Assembly: GCA_963668315.1 (NCBI GenBank)
Contig: OY764216.1
Coordinates: 256,001 to 320,000 of the forward strand
DNA length: 64,000 bases
Reading direction: 5' to 3'
From: Spirochaetia bacterium
Lineage (GTDB): Bacteria > Spirochaetota > Spirochaetia > DSM-2461
Shown here: piece after piece, positions 1-9,345 of the stretch
Layout: the number at the start of each line of letters is the position of its first letter
Numbering within the stretch: the first letter of the stretch is position 1
Notes under the pieces: generated by a model
What the model was told of the DNA's origin: nothing
The model's input: the letters and a program-made list of their open reading frames with translations, nothing else
Databases searched by the model: none
Position numbers and translations under genes: made by a program

Positions 1-2
1 TG

Positions 3-572
3 AGTATAGCCGGTCTGGTCTTTCTTCTTTACCTGACGAAACTGAGAGAAGGAACATGCATGCACTATGTCTCCTTTTCCCTTTACGGCGCCTTCCAGAT
101 CCTGCTGTACCTCTCATCAGGTCTTACCCACAGTTTTACGGATAAGCCCAAAATCCACGAAGTCCTGCGGATTACCGACCAGGCTTCGGTTTACCTGCTG
201 ATAGCCGGGACCTATACGCCCATCGCCCTGGTAACACTGCGGGGAGCCTGGGGATGGTCGATTTTCGGCGTTATCTGGGGAATGGCCCTGCTGGGGATTA
301 CGGTCAAGCTGATTCTGGGGCCGCGGAAGCATATCATATCGGATCTGTTCTACGTTCCCATGGGATGGACGATAGTGGTGGCCATAAAGCCGCTCATGCG
401 GGTGGCCCCGGCGGGACTTCTGATGTGGGTCGCCATCGGAGGACTCTGCTACACGGTGGGAATTATTTTCTATCTGGTGAAGAAGATGCCCTACGGCCAC
501 GTTCTCTGGCATCTTTTCGTGCTGGGGGGAAGCATCTCCTTTTATCTGGGTTTCGCGAAGTTTCTCATCTGA
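3..572 (+). CDS. Hemolysin III / PAQR family membrane protein (5'-truncated by window)
   Basis: Frame is open from position 3. Motifs SSGLTH, DQASVYLLIAGTYTP and HVLWHLFV; multiple TM helices. Confidence 0.9.
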   Translation, partial: SIAGLVFLLYLTKLREGTCMHYVSFSLYGAFQILLYLSSGLTHSFTDKPKIHEVLRITDQASVYLLIAGTYTPIALVTLRGAWGWSIFGVIWGMALLGITVKLILGPRKHIISDLFYVPMGWTIVVAIKPLMRVAPAGLLMWVAIGGLCYTVGIIFYLVKKMPYGHVLWHLFVLGGSISFYLGFAKFLI

Positions 573-593
573 CCCGGAACCTCCGCCCCGACG

Positions 594-1310
594 CTAGAAA
601 TGGAGGAAACGGCGAAGTTTGGAGTGGGTGAACCGGGGGGACTGGACGTAGAAAAGCAGCAGTGCCGTGGGAAGCATCACACTCAGAACGACCAGGGACC
701 AGCCCAGTTGCCTATCCCCTTTCAGGTACAGCCCCAGAGACAGATCGATGACGACACAGAGAGAGGCGATTAAAAGAAGAATTACCGCCGCCACATTGGC
801 TCCTTTCTCTTTCATCCGGCCGATCCGGTTCAGCGAGAGTGAGGTCAAGAGTCCCGAGGCAGCCACGATGGGCAGGCCCACGGGAAGAAACCAGGGACTG
901 TCGCCCCCCAGCCGGCCGAGGATAAACAGCACGGCCATGACATCGCCATGGATCAGTCCGTTTAAGGCGTAAGGATGCCTCCAGGAGAAGAGGCTGATAA
1001 GCGCAATGAGCCAGGCCCCGGCCAGAGAGACGGAGACATAGGCGGACCAGGAAATCTGTCTGTTTATAAAGTAGTCTATGGCCATAACAAAGAGAAGGGG
1101 AATCAGAATTCCCATGGTCATGATCGTTCGGGCGATGGCCATCTTCTCCCTCATCGTCAGGGGAGGAGCGGAAGGCGAACCGGCCGGTTTTTCCGGATAG
1201 GGCCCGTATGTGCCGCCCTCGGGAAGGATTTTCTGAATGGGGGTCTGGCAAAGGGGGCATTTCTCCACCCTGTCATCGACTTCAACTCCGCATTGCGAAC
1301 AGTATGGCAT
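594..1310 (-). CDS. Zinc-ribbon membrane protein (DUF6320-like)
   Basis: N-terminal CxxC...CxxC (YCSQCG, KCPLCQ) then about 6 TM helices; SD GAGGAG; directly downstream of the acyltransferase. Confidence 0.75.
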   Translation of the reverse strand: MPYCSQCGVEVDDRVEKCPLCQTPIQKILPEGGTYGPYPEKPAGSPSAPPLTMREKMAIARTIMTMGILIPLLFVMAIDYFINRQISWSAYVSVSLAGAWLIALISLFSWRHPYALNGLIHGDVMAVLFILGRLGGDSPWFLPVGLPIVAASGLLTSLSLNRIGRMKEKGANVAAVILLLIASLCVVIDLSLGLYLKGDRQLGWSLVVLSVMLPTALLLFYVQSPRFTHSKLRRFLHF

Positions 1311-1327
1311 CGGACTACTCCTCCTCT

Positions 1328-2626
1328 CTATGATATATTGCTTTCCACTTTCACGGGAATCCCCATGCGGCGCAATTTCCTGAAAAACTCCCGCTCCACC
1401 AGAGACGAGGGGGTCACCCTCCCGAAGGTGATGTTAACCCTTCCTCCGAATCCGCAGATGCCCACTTTTACTTTGGTTTTCCCCGCAGGAGGGTTCGGAA
1501 CGAAGAACAGGTCCTTCACATGACCGTCCAGCTCGGGGGGAAGAACCAGGTTCCCCATATTGGACAGTGTCGTGGTATAGGTTGATTTTCCGAAGGTCTG
1601 ATAGACTACGGGCAGAATGAGATCCTTCAAGTGGATGGGAAGAAGCCGGGCGGCCAGGTTCATCTCGCCCTTTACATTCCGGGAGATCTGCTGACTCAGG
1701 AACTTGCGGTCCATATCATAGCGCATGAAATGCATCACCTTGCTGCAGATTTCATCAAATTCGTAGCGCCCCAGGCGGGGATCGATAAAGGGCGTCACGC
1801 TCAGAAAGAAATTTCTCATGGTACGGGAGGGGAAGATGCGCCTCAGATTGACGGGAATGCAGATGGCGATGGGCAGAGATCTGCGGCGCCGCTCCTTTTC
1901 GGGCAGAGAGAAGAGGTAGTCCTGGAATACCTCCATCAGGACGGCGGTGAGGAACTCGGTCAGGGTCACATTCCTGGCTTTGGCTTCCCGGTCCAGCAGA
2001 TCAAAGGGTACGGAGCCTGTGGTAACCCAGTACACCCCTTTCCCTTCCTTCGGTCCGGGGAACTGAAAGGCCTTCTGCTCCCGCCGGGGAAGGGGAATGG
2101 ACCGGTCAAGATACCGGACGAAGGCGTCCTCGAACTCCTCCGGATGGGGGGGCCGTCCCTTGTAGGGCAGACCTTCCAGGGGGCCCCGGATTTTATCCTG
2201 CAGGGAGACATACTCCCCCAGGAGAGCGCTCATGAAGATGTAAGCCCCGGTCCCGTCGGTAAGGATGTGGGAGAATTCCACGGAAATCCTGCTGCCGTAT
2301 GCCCTTACCCGGAAGGGGAAGCGGGTTCTCTGGCGGATGGCCATTTTCATACAGGGAAAGCGGGAATCCCGCTCGGGGGAAGGGAGGCGGGGCGATTCAT
2401 TGAAATAATACCAGAAAGCCCCCCGCATGAGATTAACGTTATAATAGGGAAAGCGCTTCATGATATTTTTCAGGGCCCTGTTCAGCCGGGAAACATTGAC
2501 GGGGCTCTCCATGACAGCGGTCACCCGGAAAAGAGTGGTTTCCCTCTGGTTGAGCAGCGCCGGATATATCTTTCCCGCATTATCGAGTTTATACCAGCCT
2601 GGTCCCTTTTCTCTGTCCCTTTCCAT
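1328..2626 (-). CDS. CoA-dependent acyltransferase (alcohol acetyltransferase / condensation-domain-like)
   Basis: WYKLDNAGKIYP N-terminus, HxxxDG motif (SHILTDG), PVNLR and TTLSNMG motifs. Confidence 0.8.
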   Translation of the reverse strand: MERDREKGPGWYKLDNAGKIYPALLNQRETTLFRVTAVMESPVNVSRLNRALKNIMKRFPYYNVNLMRGAFWYYFNESPRLPSPERDSRFPCMKMAIRQRTRFPFRVRAYGSRISVEFSHILTDGTGAYIFMSALLGEYVSLQDKIRGPLEGLPYKGRPPHPEEFEDAFVRYLDRSIPLPRREQKAFQFPGPKEGKGVYWVTTGSVPFDLLDREAKARNVTLTEFLTAVLMEVFQDYLFSLPEKERRRRSLPIAICIPVNLRRIFPSRTMRNFFLSVTPFIDPRLGRYEFDEICSKVMHFMRYDMDRKFLSQQISRNVKGEMNLAARLLPIHLKDLILPVVYQTFGKSTYTTTLSNMGNLVLPPELDGHVKDLFFVPNPPAGKTKVKVGICGFGGRVNITFGRVTPSSLVEREFFRKLRRMGIPVKVESNIS

Positions 2627-2634
2627 TCTAGGGA

Positions 2635-2663
2635 AGGTTACTTGGCAAATCCGGTCCTGTCAA
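2635..2663 (-). promoter_or_regulatory. Sigma70 promoter, leaderless-type
   Basis: TTGACA-17nt-TAACCT, 8 nt before the ATG at 2626; no SD. Confidence 0.6.
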
Positions 2664-2744
2664 GATTTCTCTGGCCCACCCTATGAAGTAATGGTATAAT
2701 TCTCCTTATGAGGAAAGAATTTACCGGAACAGGGGGATTTTAGC

Positions 2745-3686
2745 ATGGAGAGCCCGAGAGCAAGGGAGTTAATGCAGGCCATCATTGATGAAGTGAATAA
2801 GGGCTTTCTGGGAAAAACGGAACAGATCCGGCTGGCCGTTTCGGCGGCCTGCGCCGGCCTTCATATTCTGATAGAAGACAGGCCGGGCGTGGGGAAAACG
2901 ACCCTGGCGTCCTGCCTGTGCAGGGCGCTCGGGCTGGACTTCGGCAGAATTCAGTTTACTCCGGATCTTCTCCCCGGCGATATTACGGGCATGACGATCT
3001 GGGATGAGAAGAAGCGGGAGTTTCTCTTTCACAACGGGCCTATCTTCCGGCAGACGGTCATGGCGGACGAATTGAACCGGGCCGCAGCCCGCACCCAGTC
3101 GGCCCTGTTGGAAGCCATGCAGGAGGGAACGGTAACCGTGGACGGCGTCCGGCATCCCCTGCCCCGCCCCTTTCTGGTTATCGCCACCCAGAACCCCTCC
3201 CATTTTTCGGGGACCTTCTCCCTGCCCGAATCCCAGCTGGACCGGTTCGGCATCAGCTTTTCCCTGGGCTATGCGGAACGCGCCTGGGAAGAACAGATTC
3301 TCACCGATTACCGCTACGATAATCCCGTGGATAAGATCAGGCCGGTTACGGGTCCCGAAGAACTGATAGAACTGACCGGATTCATAAGAAAAATCGGCCT
3401 GAACGACGCCGTCCGGCGCTATATCGTATCCCTGGGGGACAAAACACGTAAATCCCCCCGCCTCATAGCCGGATTCACCACGCGGGGGCTTCAGCATCTG
3501 CTCGCCCTATCCCAGGCTTTCGCCGCCGGGGAGGGGCGGGATTTTCTTATTCCCGAGGATATAGAAAAAGCCGCCCCCTCCGTGGCCCGGCACAAACTGC
3601 TCCTGACTCCGGAGATGAAAATAGAAAACCGGTCGGTCGAGTTCGTTATGGAAAAGATTGTCGAAGAGACCCCGGCGCCGGTCTAG
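2745..3686 (+). CDS. moxR: MoxR-family AAA+ ATPase
   Basis: EDRPGVGKTT Walker A, RIQFTPDLLPGD, ADELNRA, ATQNP, LPESQLDRF. Confidence 0.93.
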   Translation: MESPRARELMQAIIDEVNKGFLGKTEQIRLAVSAACAGLHILIEDRPGVGKTTLASCLCRALGLDFGRIQFTPDLLPGDITGMTIWDEKKREFLFHNGPIFRQTVMADELNRAAARTQSALLEAMQEGTVTVDGVRHPLPRPFLVIATQNPSHFSGTFSLPESQLDRFGISFSLGYAERAWEEQILTDYRYDNPVDKIRPVTGPEELIELTGFIRKIGLNDAVRRYIVSLGDKTRKSPRLIAGFTTRGLQHLLALSQAFAAGEGRDFLIPEDIEKAAPSVARHKLLLTPEMKIENRSVEFVMEKIVEETPAPV

Positions 3687-3688
3687 AG

Positions 3689-4837
3689 ATGAGAATTGTC
3701 TGGGACCGCCTCATCTCCGCACTCCTCATAATCAGCCTCTCCTTCCTGGCGGCGCGCTATCTGGGCACGATCTATTATGTGCTTTTCCGTTCCTTTGCCC
3801 TGCTATTCCTTCTGGATCTGCTCTTCCTCTACTTCTCCTACGCGGGAGTCAGGTATAATCAGCATTTCTCCTCGGAACATCTGACCCGGGGAGACGAGAT
3901 ACACTATGATTTTTACCTGCTCCAGTCCTTCCGTACTCTCTCCAACCTCATCCATGTGGAGTTTTATCCCTTCAACAATCCGGAACTGAAGGACCTGGAG
4001 CCCCTGAACTTTGCCCTCAGATCCCGGGAGAAGAGACTCTTTGCCTATACCATAGAGGGAGGAACCCGGGGCATCTACCGGGTGGGGATTAAAAGCCTGA
4101 TAATGGAGGACTTCCTGGGTATCCTCCTCCTCACCCTTCCCCGGCACGAACGGACCTTCTATATTTACCCCCGCCTTTTCCGGGGAAACGGCTACCCCCT
4201 GGAACAGACCGAAGGGGGGGGCGATCAATTCAGAAAAAACAGCCGGGACGACGGGGACATCGCCTTTTCGGGACTGAGGGAATACCGCCCCGGACTGCCT
4301 CTGAGGGGCATAAGCTGGAAGCACTTCGCCCGGTACGGCTACCCCTTGATCAGGGAAAATGAAAACTCCGTACAGCCGGGCAGGATACTCATGATAGACA
4401 GGCGCCCCCTTGAGGGCAGCCGCCCCCGGGAGGACGGTGTACTGGAAACGGCCCTGACCCTGACGAGGCGGATACTCGACGGCGGGTCCGGGGTCATTCT
4501 GGACGGGATAAGCTATAAAGGGCCCCTCGAAATCGCCAGTGAATCGGCCTTTTCCTCCCTCTACCAATCGACCCTGACCCTTCCCTTCGACGCGCCCCAC
4601 CTTCCCCCATACCGGGAAGCGGGAGAATCGGTGACACTGATTTCTGCCATGCCCGGCTGGGATCTTCTGAGCGAATCATTCTGGCGGGTACGGGAGAACT
4701 GGCAGCTGGTGGCTGTACTGGAAGGTATGGATGGGGAAAGGAAAGAACAGATTCTTTCGGCCTTAGACGCACTGAAAAACCGGGACGTCTCCGTCATTAT
4801 CATGGAAAAGGGAGAAAGCTTCTGGAAGGAAAACTGA
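3689..4837 (+). CDS. DUF58 domain protein
   Basis: Two N-terminal TMs; FSGLREYRPGLPLRGISWKHFAR DUF58 motif; lies between moxR and the transglutaminase. Confidence 0.85.
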   Translation: MRIVWDRLISALLIISLSFLAARYLGTIYYVLFRSFALLFLLDLLFLYFSYAGVRYNQHFSSEHLTRGDEIHYDFYLLQSFRTLSNLIHVEFYPFNNPELKDLEPLNFALRSREKRLFAYTIEGGTRGIYRVGIKSLIMEDFLGILLLTLPRHERTFYIYPRLFRGNGYPLEQTEGGGDQFRKNSRDDGDIAFSGLREYRPGLPLRGISWKHFARYGYPLIRENENSVQPGRILMIDRRPLEGSRPREDGVLETALTLTRRILDGGSGVILDGISYKGPLEIASESAFSSLYQSTLTLPFDAPHLPPYREAGESVTLISAMPGWDLLSESFWRVRENWQLVAVLEGMDGERKEQILSALDALKNRDVSVIIMEKGESFWKEN

Positions 4838-6774
4838 AGTCTCTCCTGCTCCTAATCCCCACGCCCCTTATCTATGGACTGCTCCACAGATATCTGGACA
4901 GCTCCGGTGGGTGGCTCCTCCTGGCCTTTTACGGTTCCGTCCCCCTTCTGGCCGTAGCGGGTGAGTTTCTGCCCCGCGCAAGAAGGACTGCCCAGACCAC
5001 GGCGGTTATCATCATGACGGCCCTGGGAGCGCTCCTCATCTGGGAGATCCTTCTCCTTCCCTATCAGGCCTATGAACTCTGGTTTGACCTTTTCCGTACC
5101 TCCATGGCAAGGGGCCGGGTCTCCCATCTCTTCGTCAAGCTGGGAACTCTTCTTTCGGTTATCGTCTGTTGGATGATCTACCGCCAGCCCCGCGTTCTTG
5201 AAGGAATCAGGCGTTTCATCCATCTTCCCCTTTTCTTTCTTTTTCTCCTCTGGCCGTCGGGCTGGCTTGTCCTGGCCTTCCTGGCCGCTCTTCTGGCGGG
5301 CCGGCTCCGCCGGGATAATTACCGGGAAATTGCAACATTGTTTATCTTTGTCTTCCTGTTTGGCCTGACCGGGGTGTTCTCCCCGGCCAAGGGCGCCCGC
5401 TTTATCGATAACCGATCGGGGGATTTCACCGCCTGGCTGACGGAGACCTGGCCGTCTCTTCCCGTTCTGTACGATATACCTCTTTACGGAGAATCCTTCT
5501 CCCATACGGTGGAGACCGGAGGCCGTCCCGTTCTGACGGGTCATACGATATTTACCGTGGAAGGCCACCCGGGAGAGCAGATCTACCTGAGAACCGGAGC
5601 AGGAGCCTCTCCCGGGGATAGGGGAGAAGCCCTGCCCATTGACGAAATGCCCCGGGCCGAAAAGGAATTCACCGAAGGGCTCCCCTACTACTCCGTCCGT
5701 ATCATGACGGATTTCATCAACTACCTTCCCTATACGGAAGACACGGAGTACCTGGCGGTGAGAGGGAGCCTTTACCCTCTTCTCTCCACGGACAAAGCCC
5801 TGCTTCCTCAGCCTCCCCTTCTCATGGGAGACCGGTATACCCTATATAAATCCGCCGATACATCCGTCAGGACAGAGAAGGAGGACTTCGACTTTACCCC
5901 CTTTCTGACATCCCCCGAGGAACCTTCGGAAGAACTGAGAGCTCTGGCCGCCTCCCTCAGGGGAAAATCGGACAGGGAAACGGCCGATAACATCCGCCGG
6001 TATCTGGCGGAGAATTATACCTACTCCCTTAATACGGAAGAGAGTTCCCGGTACACGGAGGACTTTCTCTTTCTGACAGGCGAGGGATACTGCCTCCACT
6101 TCTCCACGGCCTTCGCCGCCCTGGCCCGACTGGACGGGATTCCCTGCCGCCTCGTTCAGGGATACCTGGTCATCATTCCCGACGGAGAGAACTACTGGGA
6201 AAACTACGGTTATGTTCCCGAAAGGGCAACGGTGAGCGTGACGGGACTATCCTCCCACATGTGGCCCGAGATCTATCAGGACGGCGAGGGCTGGATTTCC
6301 TACGAAGCCACGGCCCCATTCTATCGCCCCGAAAGTCCCATCTCCCGGGATGCCCTTACCGACAGGCAGCTCCGGGAAATACGCAGCGAAAACATCATCG
6401 AACAGCGGAGGGAATCCCCGGAGAAATTCCCCCGGATACTTTACCTGACCATCCCCTTGCTCCTCCTTTCGGCAAGGCTGGTTTTCCGGGCGGGACACTT
6501 CCTGAAACACTATGGGAAAAATACTCTTTTTGTCATACGCCGATATGTCCGGCTGGCCCATACGGCGGGAGTCGGACGTCCGGGGGATAAGGGATGGCTG
6601 GACTGGAACGATCACGTCAGAGAAAATATCCCTCGCACATCGGAACTGATGGACAGGGCGTTTCCCCTCATTCTGAAAGCCCGTTATTCACCGGATCCGC
6701 TGACCGGGAAAGAGAAGGAGATTCTCCACGATCAGCTGAAAAAATTCAGCCGGATATGCCGCAGGAACCGCTGA
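4822..6774 (+). CDS. Membrane-anchored transglutaminase-like protein (probable CTG start at 4822; first ATG at 5014)
   Basis: GYCLHFSTA catalytic Cys, GIPCRLVQGY, SHMWPEIY, GWISYEAT. The frame is open upstream of 5014 and encodes further hydrophobic helices. Confidence 0.82.
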   Translation: MEGKLKSLLLLIPTPLIYGLLHRYLDSSGGWLLLAFYGSVPLLAVAGEFLPRARRTAQTTAVIIMTALGALLIWEILLLPYQAYELWFDLFRTSMARGRVSHLFVKLGTLLSVIVCWMIYRQPRVLEGIRRFIHLPLFFLFLLWPSGWLVLAFLAALLAGRLRRDNYREIATLFIFVFLFGLTGVFSPAKGARFIDNRSGDFTAWLTETWPSLPVLYDIPLYGESFSHTVETGGRPVLTGHTIFTVEGHPGEQIYLRTGAGASPGDRGEALPIDEMPRAEKEFTEGLPYYSVRIMTDFINYLPYTEDTEYLAVRGSLYPLLSTDKALLPQPPLLMGDRYTLYKSADTSVRTEKEDFDFTPFLTSPEEPSEELRALAASLRGKSDRETADNIRRYLAENYTYSLNTEESSRYTEDFLFLTGEGYCLHFSTAFAALARLDGIPCRLVQGYLVIIPDGENYWENYGYVPERATVSVTGLSSHMWPEIYQDGEGWISYEATAPFYRPESPISRDALTDRQLREIRSENIIEQRRESPEKFPRILYLTIPLLLLSARLVFRAGHFLKHYGKNTLFVIRRYVRLAHTAGVGRPGDKGWLDWNDHVRENIPRTSELMDRAFPLILKARYSPDPLTGKEKEILHDQLKKFSRICRRNR

Positions 6775-6781
6775 GGTAAAT

Positions 6782-7519
6782 CTAGTTATATTTAAGCACC
6801 TTGTTCAGAAAGCGGTTGACCCGTTCGTCTTTCTGGCCTTCGAAGAGGTCTCGGGGAGCTCCCCGGGCGATAATCCCTCCGTCACCGATAAAAAGGACGT
6901 AATCCGCCGCCTGCCGGGCAAAGCCCATCTCGTGGGTAACCAGAATCAGCCTCATGCCCTCGAGCCTCAGTTCCCCGATCAGATCCAGAACTTCCGAAGT
7001 ATATTCCGGATCCAGGGCCGAGGTGGGTTCGTCAAGGAGCAGAAACTCCGGCCGGATTGCCACGGCCCGGCATATGGCGATGCGCTGCTTCTGCCCCCCC
7101 GAGAGCTGGGCGGGCTTTTTGAGCGCCTGATCGGCCAGGCGGAACCGTTCCAGCAGAATGAGGGCTTCCTCCCGGGCGCGGTCTTCCCGGTAACCGTGGA
7201 CTTTCACCAGGGGAAGGGTGATATTCTCCAGGGCATTCAGATGGGGAAAGAGGTTGTAAGCCTGAAAAACCATCCCCAGCCTCTTGCGGTACTCCCGGAG
7301 TGTTTCCTCGCTGCCGTACTCCACCGGATGGTCGTTGATAACAATCTCCCCCGAATCGGGCGTTTCCAGTCCCGCCAGGAGTCTGAGCAATGTGGTTTTT
7401 CCCCCGCCGGAAGGACCGATAAAAACCAGGGAGTGAACATCTTCCAGAGATAGGGAGACCCGGTCCAGTACGGTCAGGGCGCCGTATGTCTTGGTCAGGG
7501 ATTTCAATTCAAGTTTCAT
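6782..7519 (-). CDS. Polar amino acid ABC transporter ATP-binding protein (GlnQ-like)
   Basis: GPSGGGKTT, LSGGQKQR, LLDEPTSALDPE, VTHEMGFA. Confidence 0.93.
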   Translation of the reverse strand: MKLELKSLTKTYGALTVLDRVSLSLEDVHSLVFIGPSGGGKTTLLRLLAGLETPDSGEIVINDHPVEYGSEETLREYRKRLGMVFQAYNLFPHLNALENITLPLVKVHGYREDRAREEALILLERFRLADQALKKPAQLSGGQKQRIAICRAVAIRPEFLLLDEPTSALDPEYTSEVLDLIGELRLEGMRLILVTHEMGFARQAADYVLFIGDGGIIARGAPRDLFEGQKDERVNRFLNKVLKYN

Positions 7520-8285
7520 AGCTGAATTTCCTCTCCAGGTAACGGGTCAGACAGGAAATGGGCAGGGTCAGCAGCAGATAGCCGACGGCCAGGGGGATAT
7601 AGGCCTCCATGGTCGAGAAGGTGTTGGCGTTCATCTCCCGGGCGGCCATGGTAAACTCCTTGATGGCAATAACGGACAGCAGGGAGGAGTCCTTGATGAG
7701 AGAGGCCAGCTGCCCCGCCAGGGAGGGAAGAATCCGTGTCAGGACCTGGGGAAAGATGACATACCTGTATGTCTGATAGGGAGAAAATCCCAGGGAGCGG
7801 GCCGTTTCCCTCTGGCTCTCCCCGATGCTCTCCACCCCTCCCCGGATTATCTCGGCGATATAGGCGCCGGAGAAAAGAGACATGATGAGAATTCCCACTA
7901 CAAACCGATTGTTCAGACCCGCCGCATTGGCTATGACATAAAAGAAAATCAGGATCTGAACAAGGAGGGGCGTTCCCCTGACAAGCTCCACGTAGAAAAG
8001 AGAACAATAACGGAAAGGCAGGAGCGAACTGCTCTGCCCCAGCCCGAAAAGGATTCCGAGGAACAGACTTAGAAAAAGGGCGAACAGAGAAATAAGGAGG
8101 GTGGTCCCGTATCCCCGAAGAAAGTTCACCCGGTATTTGTAGATCGTGTCCCAGGCGAACCGGTACCCCAGACGGCTGAATCCGAACCAGAAAACGGCGG
8201 CCAGCAGCATTGCCACGAGAATCCAGCTGAAAATATGGGCCGCCCGGTTATCCCGGCCGGCCTTTTCTCTGAGCAGTTCCAGCAA
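7509..8285 (-). CDS. Polar amino acid ABC transporter permease
   Basis: VRGTPLLVQ, AYIAEIIRGG, LIKDSSL; TTG start with AGGAG SD. Confidence 0.92.
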   Translation of the reverse strand: MLELLREKAGRDNRAAHIFSWILVAMLLAAVFWFGFSRLGYRFAWDTIYKYRVNFLRGYGTTLLISLFALFLSLFLGILFGLGQSSSLLPFRYCSLFYVELVRGTPLLVQILIFFYVIANAAGLNNRFVVGILIMSLFSGAYIAEIIRGGVESIGESQRETARSLGFSPYQTYRYVIFPQVLTRILPSLAGQLASLIKDSSLLSVIAIKEFTMAAREMNANTFSTMEAYIPLAVGYLLLTLPISCLTRYLERKFSYET

Positions 8286-8293
8286 AATGTCTC

Positions 8294-9115
8294 CTAATCG
8301 AGTGAAAAGAAGGAAGGAAGCCCCTCTTCATCAAAAACCTGTTTCATCTCGGCCAGATACTTTTTTTCCAGCTTTTCGAAACCGCCCTCCTTGCGGAACT
8401 CCACAATAAAGGCATCGACCTGGGCTTTCAGCTCGTCGTTCCCCTCTTTCATGGCCATGCCCCAGCCGCCCAGAGTGCCGGGCAGGTTTTCCAGATTCAC
8501 CCGGGTACTGTCGGGAAATTTTTTCTGCAGTTCAAAAGTGGTCAGCCCGTCATAGATGAAGGCATCGGCCTTCCCCTGGGAAACTTCCAGGGCGCAGGCG
8601 GCCACTTCGTCGAAGATCTGGATATTATCGGAGGGGACATTTTCCTGAGCCCAGATGGCCCCGATAGTTCCCGATTTCACGGCGACCGTTACATCGGAAC
8701 CGGAAAGGTCCCGGTAGCTCTTTACGGCCGAATCACGGTTGATGAGCAGAGTCAGCCCCGAAGCGGCATAGGGGACGGAAAAATCCACCACCTTTTCCCT
8801 CTCATCGGTAATGGACATGGAGGAGATGACGATGTCCGCTTTACCCGACTGAATGGCGGGAATAAGTCCGGTCCAGGCGGTATTTTCTATGGTTACCGGC
8901 CGGCCCAGATACTCGCCCAGGGCATAGGCGGTATCCACACTGATTCCCGCGGGCGTACCGTCTGCTTCTGCCATCTCAAAGGGGGGGAACTGCAGCTCCA
9001 TGGCCACGACCAGCGGTTCGGCATCCCCGCCGGACTTCTCCCCGCCGCCCGTACTCCAGACCGCGGAAGCGATAAAAAGGGAAAGAATTCCCCATAAAAT
9101 GACTCTCCTATTCAT
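8294..9115 (-). CDS. Polar/basic amino acid ABC transporter substrate-binding protein
   Basis: Start reassigned to MNRRVILW (SD AAGGAG); signal peptide; FPPFE, GLIPAIQSGKAD, MSITDEREKVVDFS. Confidence 0.9.
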   Translation of the reverse strand: MNRRVILWGILSLFIASAVWSTGGGEKSGGDAEPLVVAMELQFPPFEMAEADGTPAGISVDTAYALGEYLGRPVTIENTAWTGLIPAIQSGKADIVISSMSITDEREKVVDFSVPYAASGLTLLINRDSAVKSYRDLSGSDVTVAVKSGTIGAIWAQENVPSDNIQIFDEVAACALEVSQGKADAFIYDGLTTFELQKKFPDSTRVNLENLPGTLGGWGMAMKEGNDELKAQVDAFIVEFRKEGGFEKLEKKYLAEMKQVFDEEGLPSFFSLD

Positions 9116-9227
9116 AAAACACTCCTTGATTTGCGTCGTCCGACAGGCTATTTTCCCGCCGTCCTTTCCCTTGTTTCCTTGGAAGAACCGGAAGGGAAAG
9201 GGTAAAATAATAAACCCTATGTATTTC

Positions 9228-9256
9228 AATGTAGCAACGGTCGAAGGGGAAGTCAA
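9228..9256 (-). promoter_or_regulatory. Sigma70 promoter of the amino acid ABC operon
   Basis: TTGACT-17nt-TACATT with an upstream TG. Confidence 0.6.
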
Positions 9257-9345
9257 ATTTTTCCATAGCTTTTTTATAGGATTTTTACATAAATCTCATC
9301 GACCTAACAATAAAAGGGGAGTATGTTGGGGAGAGAGGAAAACAT

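Noticed and set aside
2745..6774. moxR-DUF58-transglutaminase as a novel system
   Set aside because: A widespread, previously described triad; only its start-site oddities are reported.
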